Below, piece after piece: positions 52,584-62,834 of a stretch of DNA of 64,000 nt. Source of the DNA: Candidatus Poribacteria bacterium (GTDB lineage: Bacteria; Poribacteria; WGA-4E; WGA-3G); contig OZ242029.1 of assembly GCA_965205015.1 (NCBI GenBank), forward strand, positions 5,120,001-5,184,000, written 5' to 3'. Every line of letters begins with the position of its first letter. The first letter of the stretch is position 1. The notes beneath the pieces are model-generated. The model was given only the letters and a program-made list of their open reading frames with translations, was not told where the DNA came from and did no database searches. The position numbers and the translations under genes are program-made.

Positions 52584-53441
52584 CTATGCGTCGAGTCGGT
52601 AAAATTTGATGGCGTTGTCGCGGAAGAGATTGCCTAACGCCTCAGATGAGCACCCTGAGACAGCCTCTGTTAATGTGTGCACCCACCGCTGATAATCGGT
52701 CGCTTGTGTGGAGACGGGCCAATCGCTACCGTATATGACGCGATCAAAACCGAAACAGGTAATGACATGTTCGATATACGGTTGTAGGTCGGCGGGTGTC
52801 CATGCCTCGAAGTCGGCTTCGGTTACCAAGCCCGATATTTTGCAATGGACATTCGGGAACGTCGCAAGCGTTTGGATCTCCTGTTTCCATGGATCAAAAA
52901 GTTGGTTCTTGATGTCGGGTTTGCCGATGTGGTCTAAGATGAATTGAACATGCGGACACTGTTCCACAAGCCGAATCGCATTGGCGAGTTGCGGGTGAAA
53001 GATACAGATATCGAAGTTGAGTCCGTAGCGAGAAAGCGTTTTAACACCACTTACAAAGTCGGGTTGGACGCAGAAGTCCACGCTCTCGGATTGGATGAGA
53101 CGGCGGATACCTTTGACGAGTGGGTTCTCTGCCAGTTTTTCGACAAAGGGTGCCACCTGTTCTCCCTCTTCAAGGGGTGCCCAGGCGACAATGCCCTGAA
53201 TCCGAGGATCGACTGTTGTTGCGAGATCAGTGACCCACGCCGTCTCTTTCAAGCCGTCATCGGGGTGTGTATCGCATTGGACAAAGACGATGGATTCGAT
53301 GTCCAATGCGCCGGAGGCGTCGTTGTAATCTTTTAGGAGATAAGGTCTATTGAGAGCGGGGACTTCCGTAAGCCATGGGTATCTCAACCGTTCCGGGTGC
53401 CAGAGGTGAACATGCGTGTCAACGATCGGGAATTTCTCCAT
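52584..53441 (-). CDS. Amidohydrolase_2 family protein (L-fuconolactonase-like)
   Basis: DTHVHLW, LDHIGKP, CKISGL, GSDWPV. Confidence 0.88.
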   Translation of the reverse strand: MEKFPIVDTHVHLWHPERLRYPWLTEVPALNRPYLLKDYNDASGALDIESIVFVQCDTHPDDGLKETAWVTDLATTVDPRIQGIVAWAPLEEGEQVAPFVEKLAENPLVKGIRRLIQSESVDFCVQPDFVSGVKTLSRYGLNFDICIFHPQLANAIRLVEQCPHVQFILDHIGKPDIKNQLFDPWKQEIQTLATFPNVHCKISGLVTEADFEAWTPADLQPYIEHVITCFGFDRVIYGSDWPVSTQATDYQRWVHTLTEAVSGCSSEALGNLFRDNAIKFYRLDA

Positions 53442-53580
53442 TGCGGTGCTCCTTTATTATCTTGCGTTTGGGGTATTTTAAGGCTGCTATGCAAGATTGT
53501 CAAGTTGAAAAATTGACATCCACAACGAGAACGTGTATAATTGTAGCATAGTAGATACTCCGAATGGGGGAACGAAAAAT

Positions 53581-54384
53581 ATGGCAAAGAAATCTCGAAT
53601 TGTTATGGTGGCAGGAAGTGCAAGTCATGGTGGGGGTTCACATGAACATCCTGCTGGATGTGCCTATCTCGCGGATCAGTTAAACAAGTCTGTGGACGGT
53701 GTGGAAGTCGTGGTCTCTCAAGGATGGCCCGAAGATCCGACAGCTTTCGCCGATACAGATGCCATTATTGTTTATTCGGACGGTGGCACCGGGCACCTTA
53801 GCATTCCACACCTTGAACAGATCTCAGGACTGATGGAACAGGGTATTGGACTTGCGATGTTGCACTATGCTGTTGAAGTACCGAAGGGTGAACCGGGGGA
53901 TCGTTTCTTGGATTGGATCGGCGGCTACTTTGAGACGCACCTTTCGGTGAATCCGTATTGGACAGCAACGTTTACCGGATTTCCTGAACACCCGATAACA
54001 CGCGGGATAGCACCGTTTTCACTGGAGGATGAATGGTATTATCACATGCGGTTTCGTGAAAATATGCAAGGTGTGACACCGTTGTTGAGTGCTATCGCAC
54101 CTGCATCAACACTCGAAAGACCCGACGGCCCGCATAGCGGAAATCCGCATGTGCGCGCATCGGTAGCCAACGGTGAGCCCCAACATTTAGGGTGGTGTGT
54201 AGAGCGGCCGGATGGAGGTCGTGGATTCGGGTTTACCGGTGGACATCTCCATCGGAATTGGGCGGATGATCAGCTCCGTAAATTCATTCTCAATGCCATT
54301 GCTTGGACAGCGAAGATAGAGATCCCTGAAGGCGGTATTTCTACACCGACACCCACCGAAGCGGCATTGGATGCGTATCTGTAG
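53581..54384 (+). CDS. ThuA-like domain protein (copy 1)
   Basis: HEH.AGC, LHYAVE, HPITRG, DEWYYHMRF, GRGFGFTGGH.H.NW. Confidence 0.85.
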   Translation: MAKKSRIVMVAGSASHGGGSHEHPAGCAYLADQLNKSVDGVEVVVSQGWPEDPTAFADTDAIIVYSDGGTGHLSIPHLEQISGLMEQGIGLAMLHYAVEVPKGEPGDRFLDWIGGYFETHLSVNPYWTATFTGFPEHPITRGIAPFSLEDEWYYHMRFRENMQGVTPLLSAIAPASTLERPDGPHSGNPHVRASVANGEPQHLGWCVERPDGGRGFGFTGGHLHRNWADDQLRKFILNAIAWTAKIEIPEGGISTPTPTEAALDAYL

Positions 54385-54427
54385 TTTTATAATGATTTGG
54401 GTAATTCTACTGGAGGATCGAAAAAAT

Positions 54428-55240
54428 ATGGCAAAGAAATCTCGAATTGTTATGGTGGCAGGAAGTGGAGGTCGTGGGAGTGGGGCGCATGAGCATCCTG
54501 CTGGGTGTGACTTTCTCGCCGATCAGTTAAACAAAAATGTGGACGGTGTAGCGGCAGTGGTTTCTCAGGGGTGGCCCGAAGATCCAGCGATTTTCGCCGA
54601 TACAGATGCGATTATTGTTTATTCAGGCGGTGGTGAAGAACACCTGAGCATCCCGCATCTTGATCAGATCGGTGAATTGATGGCACAGGGCATAGGACTC
54701 GCGATGTTACACTTTGCAGTCGAGGTGCCAAAGGGCAAGCCGGGTAATTGCTTCTTAGACTGGATCGGGGGTTACTTTGAACCGGGCCTTTCGGTGAATC
54801 CTTATTGGATTGCAACGTTTACTGAATTTCCTGAACATCCGATAACACGAGGGATGAAGCCATTTTCATTGAAAGACGAGTGGTATTACCACATGCGGTT
54901 TCGTGAAAATATGCGGGGCGTGACACCTGTGTTGAGTGCGATTGCGCCTGCCTCAACGCTCAAAAGACCCGATGGACCCTACAGCGGCAATCCACATGTC
55001 CGTGTCTCGGTAGCCAACGGTGAGCCTCAGCACTTGGGATGGTGCGTTGAACGTCCAGATGGCGGGCGTGGGTTCGGATGTACCGGTGGGCATTACCATC
55101 AGAATTGGGGGAATGATCAATTCCGTAAGTTAATTCTCAACGGGATTCTCTGGACAGCAAAGATGGAAGTCCCTGAGGGAGGTATCTCCACACCGACCCC
55201 GACTGAAGCGGAATTGGAGGCATATCTGTCATATTTGTAG
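54428..55240 (+). CDS. ThuA-like domain protein (tandem paralog)
   Basis: Same motifs, highly similar to the upstream copy. Confidence 0.85.
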   Translation: MAKKSRIVMVAGSGGRGSGAHEHPAGCDFLADQLNKNVDGVAAVVSQGWPEDPAIFADTDAIIVYSGGGEEHLSIPHLDQIGELMAQGIGLAMLHFAVEVPKGKPGNCFLDWIGGYFEPGLSVNPYWIATFTEFPEHPITRGMKPFSLKDEWYYHMRFRENMRGVTPVLSAIAPASTLKRPDGPYSGNPHVRVSVANGEPQHLGWCVERPDGGRGFGCTGGHYHQNWGNDQFRKLILNGILWTAKMEVPEGGISTPTPTEAELEAYLSYL

Positions 55241-55259
55241 TTTTATAAGGAGACGGAAC

Positions 55260-56114
55260 ATGGATCAAGAGATACAAGATTATCTGTTCGACCTACAAGG
55301 CTATCTGGTTTTAGAGAACGCAATCTCGAAACCCGATCTGGATGAAATGAACGCGTGGATCGATGACCATTGGACTTACGTTGAAAATCCGTGGGAGGAC
55401 GAAACCGAAGACAGACGGATTCCACGCTGGATCGAGAACATCGAAACGCATACCTACAACATTGAGAACGGTGTGAATTTCCAGAATATTATTGAGGGGG
55501 GAGACGTTTTTCAAAAGCTTATTGACCATCCGTCCTGGATCGGTCTGGTGCGGAAATACGTCCACGAGGTCAACGGGCTTTCTATCCACGAGAATTTTCT
55601 CAACGTCCGGGGACCCGGCGGTTTCATTCATATCCACTGTGGTGGACATGTCCCGCTGAGTTACCTGACGTTCCGACAGGAGAATACCGGCGAATGGATG
55701 GTCGGACAGATTAACGTCCTGATGGCACTCAACGATATTGGACCTGGAGATGGCGCGCCAGTACTCGTGCCGGGGAGCCATAAATGCACAGAGATTCATC
55801 CGCGTCTGAAGGTCGATGGGAAAGGTTTGGTCTATGACGGTGTGAGCGGTAAACCCGCAGGGACAGCCTTTGGGACGCAGGAGATTTATCTCAAGGCAGG
55901 CGATGTCGTCATGTTCACAGATGCGATTACACACGGGTCGGCAGAGCGGACGAATGCGGGATATCGCCGATCGATCGTCTATCGTTATTCTCCGAGATAT
56001 GTCCGTGAGCGTTTTGACTATCCGCATTCCAAAGCGTTGTTGGCACGTTTGACACCCGATCAACGCAAAATTATCCAACCGACATCAGTCCGTCGCCCGC
56101 CGCAAACGGTATGA
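55260..56114 (+). CDS. Phytanoyl-CoA dioxygenase (PhyH) family protein
   Basis: YLFDLQGYLV, LNDIGPGDG..LVPGSHK, AGDVVMF..THG, RRS..YRY. Confidence 0.85.
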   Translation: MDQEIQDYLFDLQGYLVLENAISKPDLDEMNAWIDDHWTYVENPWEDETEDRRIPRWIENIETHTYNIENGVNFQNIIEGGDVFQKLIDHPSWIGLVRKYVHEVNGLSIHENFLNVRGPGGFIHIHCGGHVPLSYLTFRQENTGEWMVGQINVLMALNDIGPGDGAPVLVPGSHKCTEIHPRLKVDGKGLVYDGVSGKPAGTAFGTQEIYLKAGDVVMFTDAITHGSAERTNAGYRRSIVYRYSPRYVRERFDYPHSKALLARLTPDQRKIIQPTSVRRPPQTV

Positions 56115-56227
56115 GCGTGGTGTTTTTCTTGATGTAGGCTTTGGACGGTTTCTGTTACTATCTAATTAAACCGAATATGTAATTCTGTCATAGAGTCTAT
56201 CCGATCTACTTTATGAGGTATTGGCAC

Positions 56228-56452
56228 ATGAGTACAATCCAAGAAATAACAGCAGCTTTGTCGAACCTAAGTACCGACGAGCTGCAACACATTGAGCGAA
56301 TTATTCGCGATTTATATCGGGATCGTCATGAAACTATTATTTATGATGATGGCTACGGAATTTGGACGGAACAAGATCAGGTTTCGGTCGCAGCGGAGGT
56401 TTTTCAATTGTTGGAGAGAGAGGAAGATTTAGAAAACGATGGCGATACCTAA
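56228..56452 (+). CDS. Putative antitoxin
   Basis: Small acidic ORF overlapping the start of the mazF-like gene; start 56213 or 56228. Confidence 0.6.
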   Translation: MSTIQEITAALSNLSTDELQHIERIIRDLYRDRHETIIYDDGYGIWTEQDQVSVAAEVFQLLEREEDLENDGDT

Positions 56453-56783
56453 ACGTGGTGAAATCTGGTTAGCTGACCTTGGATTAGCGGCAAAGACGCG
56501 CCCAGTTTTGGTTTTGAGTGTGCCTTTTTCGGATTCGGATTATGCTTTAATAACGGTTGTACCGCGGACGACAAACCGGAGACCCTCCGCCTTCCAAGTT
56601 GAGATTTCTACATCGGGTTTAAGACCTGGTGCTTTCAATGTTCAGGGACTTACGGCAATTCCGCCATCCAAGTTCATTCGCCGGTTGGGAACATTGCGAT
56701 CTACCCAGATGAGATTGATTGAAGATACAGTAAAGGAATGGTTGGGGTTTCAGACTACTTCTGGAAAGCCATCGGAAAACTGA
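56439..56783 (+). CDS. mazF: PemK/MazF family toxin
   Basis: PKRGEIWLADLG..KTRPVLVLS, VVP.TT, IRRLG.L. Confidence 0.88.
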   Translation: MAIPKRGEIWLADLGLAAKTRPVLVLSVPFSDSDYALITVVPRTTNRRPSAFQVEISTSGLRPGAFNVQGLTAIPPSKFIRRLGTLRSTQMRLIEDTVKEWLGFQTTSGKPSEN

Positions 56784-56789
56784 TAGACT

Positions 56790-58283
56790 ATGGGAAAACC
56801 GAGAAAGACCCTCTGGAGTGGACGTTTCAGCACGAGCCTCACTACAGAGACAATAGCCTTCACGCACTCCATTGAAGCAGACACCCGCCTCATCGGATAC
56901 GATATTTGGGGGAGTCAAGCGCATGCGATTATGCTCGCTCGTCAGGGGATTATCTCCGATGCCGATCTACGCGAGATTTTGCGCTGGCTCCAGAAGGCAG
57001 CGGCGGATTTTCAGAACGGCGATTTTACGCTCGATCCGAATAAAGAGGACGTGCACATGAACGTCGAATCGTATCTGATTGAGAACGCCGGACGCGAGTT
57101 CGGGGGCAAACTCCACACCGCTCGTTCTCGCAACGATCAGGTACTCGTGGACGCCCATCTCTACATTCGGGATGAGATTCTCAACGTCCAGCGCAGTCTC
57201 TCCGAACTCTGCGAAGCCTTCCTACATGTTGCGAAAACACATGCAGGGACCGTCATGCCCGGCTATACACATACCCAACACGCACAGCCGATCAGTCTCG
57301 GTTTCTGGGCGACGGCTTATGTGAGTATGTTCCTACGGGATCAGAAACGACTACAATCTGCTTATGCACTTGCCAATACGAACCCTCTCGGTGCGTGTGC
57401 ATTAGCCGGCACGACATTCCCAATTGATCGACACCTGACCACGGAACTGCTCGGTTTCGACGCACCACACGAACACGCCCTTGATGTCATCAGCAGCCGA
57501 GATTTTATCGCTGAGGTGCTTTTTGCGTTGTCGCTTGTGATGGCGAACCTCTCACGGATTAGCGAGGAAATTATCTATTGGACGACTTATGAGTTTGGGA
57601 TGGCGGTGCTTGACGATGCCTATAGTTTCGGGAGCTCCATCATGCCCCAGAAGAAGAATCCCGACATTGCGGAACTCACGCGAGGGCGTACCGGGCGCGT
57701 CTACGGGGCATTGCTCGACCTGTTGACGAATCTCAAGGGATTGCCGATGGGCTATAATCGGGATTTTCAGGAGGATAAACCGCCACTGTGGGAGGTGTTT
57801 GATGTTGTGAAGGCGTGCCTCGGTCTGTTACCCGAACTCCTCAGAACCACGGATTTCAAAACGGAACGGATGGCGGCGTTGGCGAATGCGAACTTCGCGA
57901 CGGCGACGGAGTTGGCAAATTACCTCGTTAAAGAGCATCAGATCAGTTTTCGGGAGTGCCATGAGATTGTCGGATGGCTCGTCGGGGAACTCGTGCAGCA
58001 GGAAAAGACGTTTGCCGATTGGGAGCTCACGCAAAAACTTTTGAAACAGCACAAGGTTGACATCCCTATTGAGCAACTCAAGCAGATACTGGATGCGGAA
58101 TCAGCGATTCAGAATAACCAGAGTCTCGGTGGCACATCGCCTGCCGAGGTGCATCGGATGATCGACAGCTTTGAAGCACAACTGGATGATATTGCGTCGC
58201 ATATTCATACCTGTCAGACACAAATTGAGGACGCCCACCGAGAGACGCTGCGAATCGTTGATGAAGTTTGCGGTGCCGATTGA
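56790..58283 (+). CDS. argH: Argininosuccinate lyase
   Basis: EDVH..VE, HTARSRNDQ, PGYTH.Q.AQP, GSSIMPQKKNPD. Confidence 0.97.
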   Translation: MGKPRKTLWSGRFSTSLTTETIAFTHSIEADTRLIGYDIWGSQAHAIMLARQGIISDADLREILRWLQKAAADFQNGDFTLDPNKEDVHMNVESYLIENAGREFGGKLHTARSRNDQVLVDAHLYIRDEILNVQRSLSELCEAFLHVAKTHAGTVMPGYTHTQHAQPISLGFWATAYVSMFLRDQKRLQSAYALANTNPLGACALAGTTFPIDRHLTTELLGFDAPHEHALDVISSRDFIAEVLFALSLVMANLSRISEEIIYWTTYEFGMAVLDDAYSFGSSIMPQKKNPDIAELTRGRTGRVYGALLDLLTNLKGLPMGYNRDFQEDKPPLWEVFDVVKACLGLLPELLRTTDFKTERMAALANANFATATELANYLVKEHQISFRECHEIVGWLVGELVQQEKTFADWELTQKLLKQHKVDIPIEQLKQILDAESAIQNNQSLGGTSPAEVHRMIDSFEAQLDDIASHIHTCQTQIEDAHRETLRIVDEVCGAD

Positions 58284-58353
58284 GATAATATTGTAAGAGA
58301 AGAAATACAAGGAATTAATGCGTAACACAGCGCGCGTCACCCTTACATAGGAG

Positions 58354-59076
58354 ATGAGAAAATTGAAAAACAGATTGATCGTCGCATTGGATACGGACGA
58401 TGATGAGAAGATGGGTCGGTTATCCAGCAGGCTTAGAGATACAGTCGGTTGGTTTAAGATGGGCTTTCAGGCGTTTAGTGCGCTCGGAATGGAAGCTTTT
58501 CCACGGTTTGAACAAAACGGGCATAAAGTCTTTGTTGACCTGAAATTCCACGACATTCCGAACACAGTGGCACGCGATGTCGGTATGATGGCAAAGCACG
58601 GTGCGCACATGATTAACATGCACGCCTCCGGTGGATTTGAAATGATGCAGGCAGCACGGAAAAGCGCGGAGGATGCAACTGCTGAGAACGGTATCCCACT
58701 GCCAATTCTGCTCGGTGTAACGGTTCTGACGAGTATTGACGAAACAGGATTTCAGCGAAGTTTCGGCTCAGAACGGGGACTGACGAAACAGGTCGTCTAT
58801 CTCGCACAGTTAGCGCAGGAAGCAGGATTGAGTGGGGTCGTGGCATCACCACTGGAAATCGAACCGATACGGAAAGCGTGTGGCGACGATTTTGTGATCG
58901 TCACGCCGGGTATCCGTCCCAAGTGGTCGAAGAGTGGGGATCAGCGTCGTATTACCACGCCGGGGGCGGCGATTCAACGCGGCGCGGATTATATTGTTGT
59001 CGGGAGACCGATTATTGAGGCAGAGGATCCGTTGGCAGCCGCCGAAATGATCCTTGAGGAGATGAAAGGGGCATAA
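58354..59076 (+). CDS. pyrF: Orotidine-5'-phosphate decarboxylase
   Basis: LIVALD, DLKFHDIPNTV, VTVLTS, TPGIRP, VVGRPI. Confidence 0.97.
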   Translation: MRKLKNRLIVALDTDDDEKMGRLSSRLRDTVGWFKMGFQAFSALGMEAFPRFEQNGHKVFVDLKFHDIPNTVARDVGMMAKHGAHMINMHASGGFEMMQAARKSAEDATAENGIPLPILLGVTVLTSIDETGFQRSFGSERGLTKQVVYLAQLAQEAGLSGVVASPLEIEPIRKACGDDFVIVTPGIRPKWSKSGDQRRITTPGAAIQRGADYIVVGRPIIEAEDPLAAAEMILEEMKGA

Positions 59077-59080
59077 GACT

Positions 59081-60517
59081 ATGAACATTGTCTGTATCTG
59101 CTTGGACACGTTTCGTGCAGACATCATTGGTGAAGGCAAGAAATATAGCCACGTGCAAACCCCGAACCTTGATGCTTTGGCATCCGAGAGCGTCCGTTTC
59201 ACACGGGCGTTTGGTGAGGGACAACCGACGCTTCAGATCCGTCGGGGCAACTTTACGGGGATGCGGAGTTTTCCGTGGCGGTATAATTTTGATCGGCGTG
59301 GACATTGGCACCATGCCCCCGGTTGGCATAAGATCCCACCCGAACAGGATACGATCGCTGAAGTCTTACTGGAACGCGGTTATCTCACTGCGCTGGTCGC
59401 AGATACGTATCACATGTTCAAGCCGACGATGAATTTCTCGCGCGGGTTCGCCCATTTCGATTTCATCCGTGGACAGGAATCGGATAACTGGCACAGTGGT
59501 GATCCGAGGTTGATTGAGGCACAACTCCGAAAACATGTCCGTGAACCCCTCAATTGGCAACGGCACGCTGGACTCGTCAACTATCTGTTGTCGCAACGGC
59601 ATCGGCGGTCGGAAGATGACTATAGTTGTGCGCGGGTCTTCCGGGCCGCGGCGGATTGGTTGCAGGACAATCACACCGTCGGTCCGTTCTTCTTATGGGT
59701 GGACAGTTTCGATCCGCACGAGCCGTGGGATCCACCGAAGTCCTATGCGGACCTCTATTTCCCCGACTATTCGGGCAAGGATTTCATCATACCGGGCAGT
59801 GCGAACGAAGGCGACGGTCCCACGGAAGAGGAACGCCGCCGTATTGAGGCACTCTACCTCGGTGAAGTGACGTTTGTCGATAAATGGATCGGCGTGTTAC
59901 TTGATAAGATAGAGCAGCTGGGCATCCGAGACGAGACCCTGATTGTGCTCATGTCCGACCACGGCACACAACTCCGAGATCACGGGAGTTTCGGAAAGGG
60001 ACCGAACAAGTTACACCCCTTTAATACACAACTGAACCTAATGATTCGGCATCCGGAGGGACCCCATGACAAGGAGATTTTCGCGTTCGTGCAGAACCAC
60101 GATCTAATGCCGACACTCCTAAATCAGCTTGACATCCCGTGCGGTTGGACGGATGGCGAGGATATGTGGCAGCTCGTTACGCAGGAGAAGGCGTCCCTCC
60201 GTCAACGGATTATCACGGGTTGGGCAGGATTCATCACGGGCAATGCGCGCGGTCGCGTCAGTGTGCGCGATGACCACTGGAACTTCTGCACTTCAGTCGG
60301 CTATCAAGATGAGAATGGTGATGAGCTTTTTGACATCCGAAACGATCCTGAAGAAAGGGTCAACGTTGCGAGTGACCATCCAGCGATCGTTTCTGAACGA
60401 CGACGGGATGTCGAGGCGTTGATCGGACAACCTTTACCCGGACATTTCATTGAGGTTTGCGATCCGGGGCAGGCACCGATGACGCAATGGCTTCAGAAGA
60501 AGTTAGCGGATATGTAG
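59081..60517 (+). CDS. Sulfatase-like (alkaline phosphatase superfamily) hydrolase
   Basis: DTFRAD, TPNLD.LA, DPHEPW, SDHG; Thr at the nucleophile position (PTLQIR). Confidence 0.85.
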   Translation: MNIVCICLDTFRADIIGEGKKYSHVQTPNLDALASESVRFTRAFGEGQPTLQIRRGNFTGMRSFPWRYNFDRRGHWHHAPGWHKIPPEQDTIAEVLLERGYLTALVADTYHMFKPTMNFSRGFAHFDFIRGQESDNWHSGDPRLIEAQLRKHVREPLNWQRHAGLVNYLLSQRHRRSEDDYSCARVFRAAADWLQDNHTVGPFFLWVDSFDPHEPWDPPKSYADLYFPDYSGKDFIIPGSANEGDGPTEEERRRIEALYLGEVTFVDKWIGVLLDKIEQLGIRDETLIVLMSDHGTQLRDHGSFGKGPNKLHPFNTQLNLMIRHPEGPHDKEIFAFVQNHDLMPTLLNQLDIPCGWTDGEDMWQLVTQEKASLRQRIITGWAGFITGNARGRVSVRDDHWNFCTSVGYQDENGDELFDIRNDPEERVNVASDHPAIVSERRRDVEALIGQPLPGHFIEVCDPGQAPMTQWLQKKLADM

Positions 60518-60560
60518 AGAAATGGCGGTCAGCGGTCGGCTGGTTTCCGATGGCTGATCA

Positions 60561-62546
60561 CTATTTGAGTGTTTCCCAATCCCAGAGGAGGATTGTGCCG
60601 TCGTAGCTTCCGCTTGCGAGTGTTTTCCCGTCTGGAGAGAACATCAACACACCGACAGCGTCTTGATGTCCTTTGCGGGTCGCGTGTATCTGGTACTTCG
60701 GATCTGATTTCCATATCTGAATTAACCCTGTTTCACTTCCGCCTGCGAGCATTTTTCCATCAGGGGAAAAGGCTAACGCAGTAATATTTTCAACAGCATC
60801 AAAGGTGCCGATCGGATTACCAGTATTGCTCTTCCATAGACGAATCTCGTTTTCACTGCCACTGGCGAGTGTCTTGCTGTTTGCAGAGAAGGTTAGCGCG
60901 CTGATCTGCTGCGTGTGTCCCGTGAGGTTCGATAGGCTTTCACCCGTCTTGGTATTCCATGAAACGATGGTTCCATCTTCACCACCACTTGCGAAGACCT
61001 TGCTGTTTGGTGAGAATGTGTATTCACTCACAGCCTCTGTGTGTCCTTCAAGTGTGAACAGTTGGGCACCGGTATCGGTCTGCCAAAACTTGACTATATT
61101 ACTGAGGCGTGTGGCTCCGCCTCTGCTGGCGAGGATTTTACCGTCTGGTGAAAATACCAGGGGCCAGTAATGATCCATACGGTCTACGCCTTCCAGGGCA
61201 AACAGGTGTTCTTTCGTCCCAGCATCCCACACATGTACACCACTGAGAAAAACACGTCCGACAAGTTTCTTGGCGTCAGAAGAGAATGAGAGTCCGATAA
61301 CATCTTGGGGGGGTGTAAGAATACTGTGTTGTGTGAAGGTTTCTACATTCCAAACGCGTGCCCTCGCTTCAAGCGCATTATTACTGACAAGATATTTACT
61401 GTCTGCCGAAAAGGCAAGCGTGCTTACCCAATCGGTGTGTTCCCCGAGAGCGGAGGATAATAGATAGCGTCCAGTATCAACGTCCCATAGATGGAGACTG
61501 CCATCGTTACTCATACTGATAAGTTGGGAGCCGTCTTTAGAGAATTTCACACTATGAACGTTATCCCGCTCTTTTGGGAGGATCCCCTGCTCAAGATACT
61601 TGAGTATTTGGGCTGCTGCCACGTGCGGGTTGATTGCGTCATCGGGGGTGGGAAGATTCTTCTGTTCAGTGCCGGTGTTGACATCCCATAACCGCATTGT
61701 CCGATCACGACTCGCGGTGATGAGTCTTGTGCTATCTGGCGAAAACGCCATGTCCCGAATTTTATCGGTGTGCCCCTTGAGACCTGTCTGGAGCCTCCCC
61801 GTGTTGATATTCCACAGATGCACTGTGTGATCCCATCCACCGCCGGTTGCGAGTATTTTGCCATCGGGTGAAAAGACGAGCAGGTCGATGGATCCCAAGT
61901 CTCTGCTATCGGTGTGTAGCGATTCACCGGTATCTGCATCCCATAGGTGGAGCGTACTTCCGGCACTCGCAAGGATTTTACCGTCTGGCGAAAATGCGAC
62001 CGAGTTTACTGCACTCGAATGCCCTGTCAGACTGGTGATGTATTTACCTATACCGACCTCCCATAAACGTACCACCCAGTCTCCACCTGCAGTGGCGAGT
62101 TTTGTGCCGTCCGGTGAGAGTGCGATTGCGTTAATTGAATCCGGGTGTTCCTCGAGCATCGCGAAGGCGTTACCTGTGAAGGTGTCCCAGACGTAAATGC
62201 TATTTCCGTGTGCAGTTGCTACAATTGAAGCGTCAGGGGAGAACGCCAATGCCTCTGGTGGTATTTGGGACCAATATTCATCTTTTTCGCCGATTTGGGA
62301 CTCTGTGAACAGTGAAACGACTTCGCCGGTCTGTGCGTCATAAATCCAGATACCGATGGCCGTTGACGCGACAACCCGTGTGTTGTCGGGTGAGAGTTTG
62401 ATGTTTATTAATCTGCCTCTTCCCAAACGGGCTTTCGCACCTTCGGGCAGATGCCACTGTGTCGCAAAGTCTTGTGCGAGACCGTTGAGGGGCAGTAGAC
62501 TGGAAAACAAAAAACATACGATACAGAGAAGATGGATCTTTTGCAT
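60561..62546 (-). CDS. Secreted WD40-repeat protein
   Basis: Signal peptide, WHLPEGAKARLGRG, multiple GH..V..FSPDG..LAS..D.TI.LWD repeats. Confidence 0.92.
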   Translation of the reverse strand: MQKIHLLCIVCFLFSSLLPLNGLAQDFATQWHLPEGAKARLGRGRLINIKLSPDNTRVVASTAIGIWIYDAQTGEVVSLFTESQIGEKDEYWSQIPPEALAFSPDASIVATAHGNSIYVWDTFTGNAFAMLEEHPDSINAIALSPDGTKLATAGGDWVVRLWEVGIGKYITSLTGHSSAVNSVAFSPDGKILASAGSTLHLWDADTGESLHTDSRDLGSIDLLVFSPDGKILATGGGWDHTVHLWNINTGRLQTGLKGHTDKIRDMAFSPDSTRLITASRDRTMRLWDVNTGTEQKNLPTPDDAINPHVAAAQILKYLEQGILPKERDNVHSVKFSKDGSQLISMSNDGSLHLWDVDTGRYLLSSALGEHTDWVSTLAFSADSKYLVSNNALEARARVWNVETFTQHSILTPPQDVIGLSFSSDAKKLVGRVFLSGVHVWDAGTKEHLFALEGVDRMDHYWPLVFSPDGKILASRGGATRLSNIVKFWQTDTGAQLFTLEGHTEAVSEYTFSPNSKVFASGGEDGTIVSWNTKTGESLSNLTGHTQQISALTFSANSKTLASGSENEIRLWKSNTGNPIGTFDAVENITALAFSPDGKMLAGGSETGLIQIWKSDPKYQIHATRKGHQDAVGVLMFSPDGKTLASGSYDGTILLWDWETLK

Positions 62547-62834
62547 GAACCGAAGCTCCTTTTTCAAATGAGACTCTATATCATAATAGGGAGCAAATTC
62601 CGTGCCAGTTTGAATGAGACCATACTCGGACTTTTCGCAGCGGAGTGAAAGAAAACTGCACAAGATTGGGCATCCTTTGTGCGCAATTGCACGAAATAGG
62701 GCAGATTCGGTTCATCTTTGGGGTTTACTGACCGCTGATTGCTGCTTCTGTAGGAGGGAACTCCGATTCCCGACGTCCCTCTCCATCTAAAACGGATAGA
62801 AAACTGAAAACTGAATGGTTCTGTCGCATAAAAA

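Noticed and set aside
55311-56078. Long antisense ORFs (also 6921..7565, 51320..51919, 45867..46418)
   Set aside because: Shadow frames of well-supported genes with no recognisable motifs.
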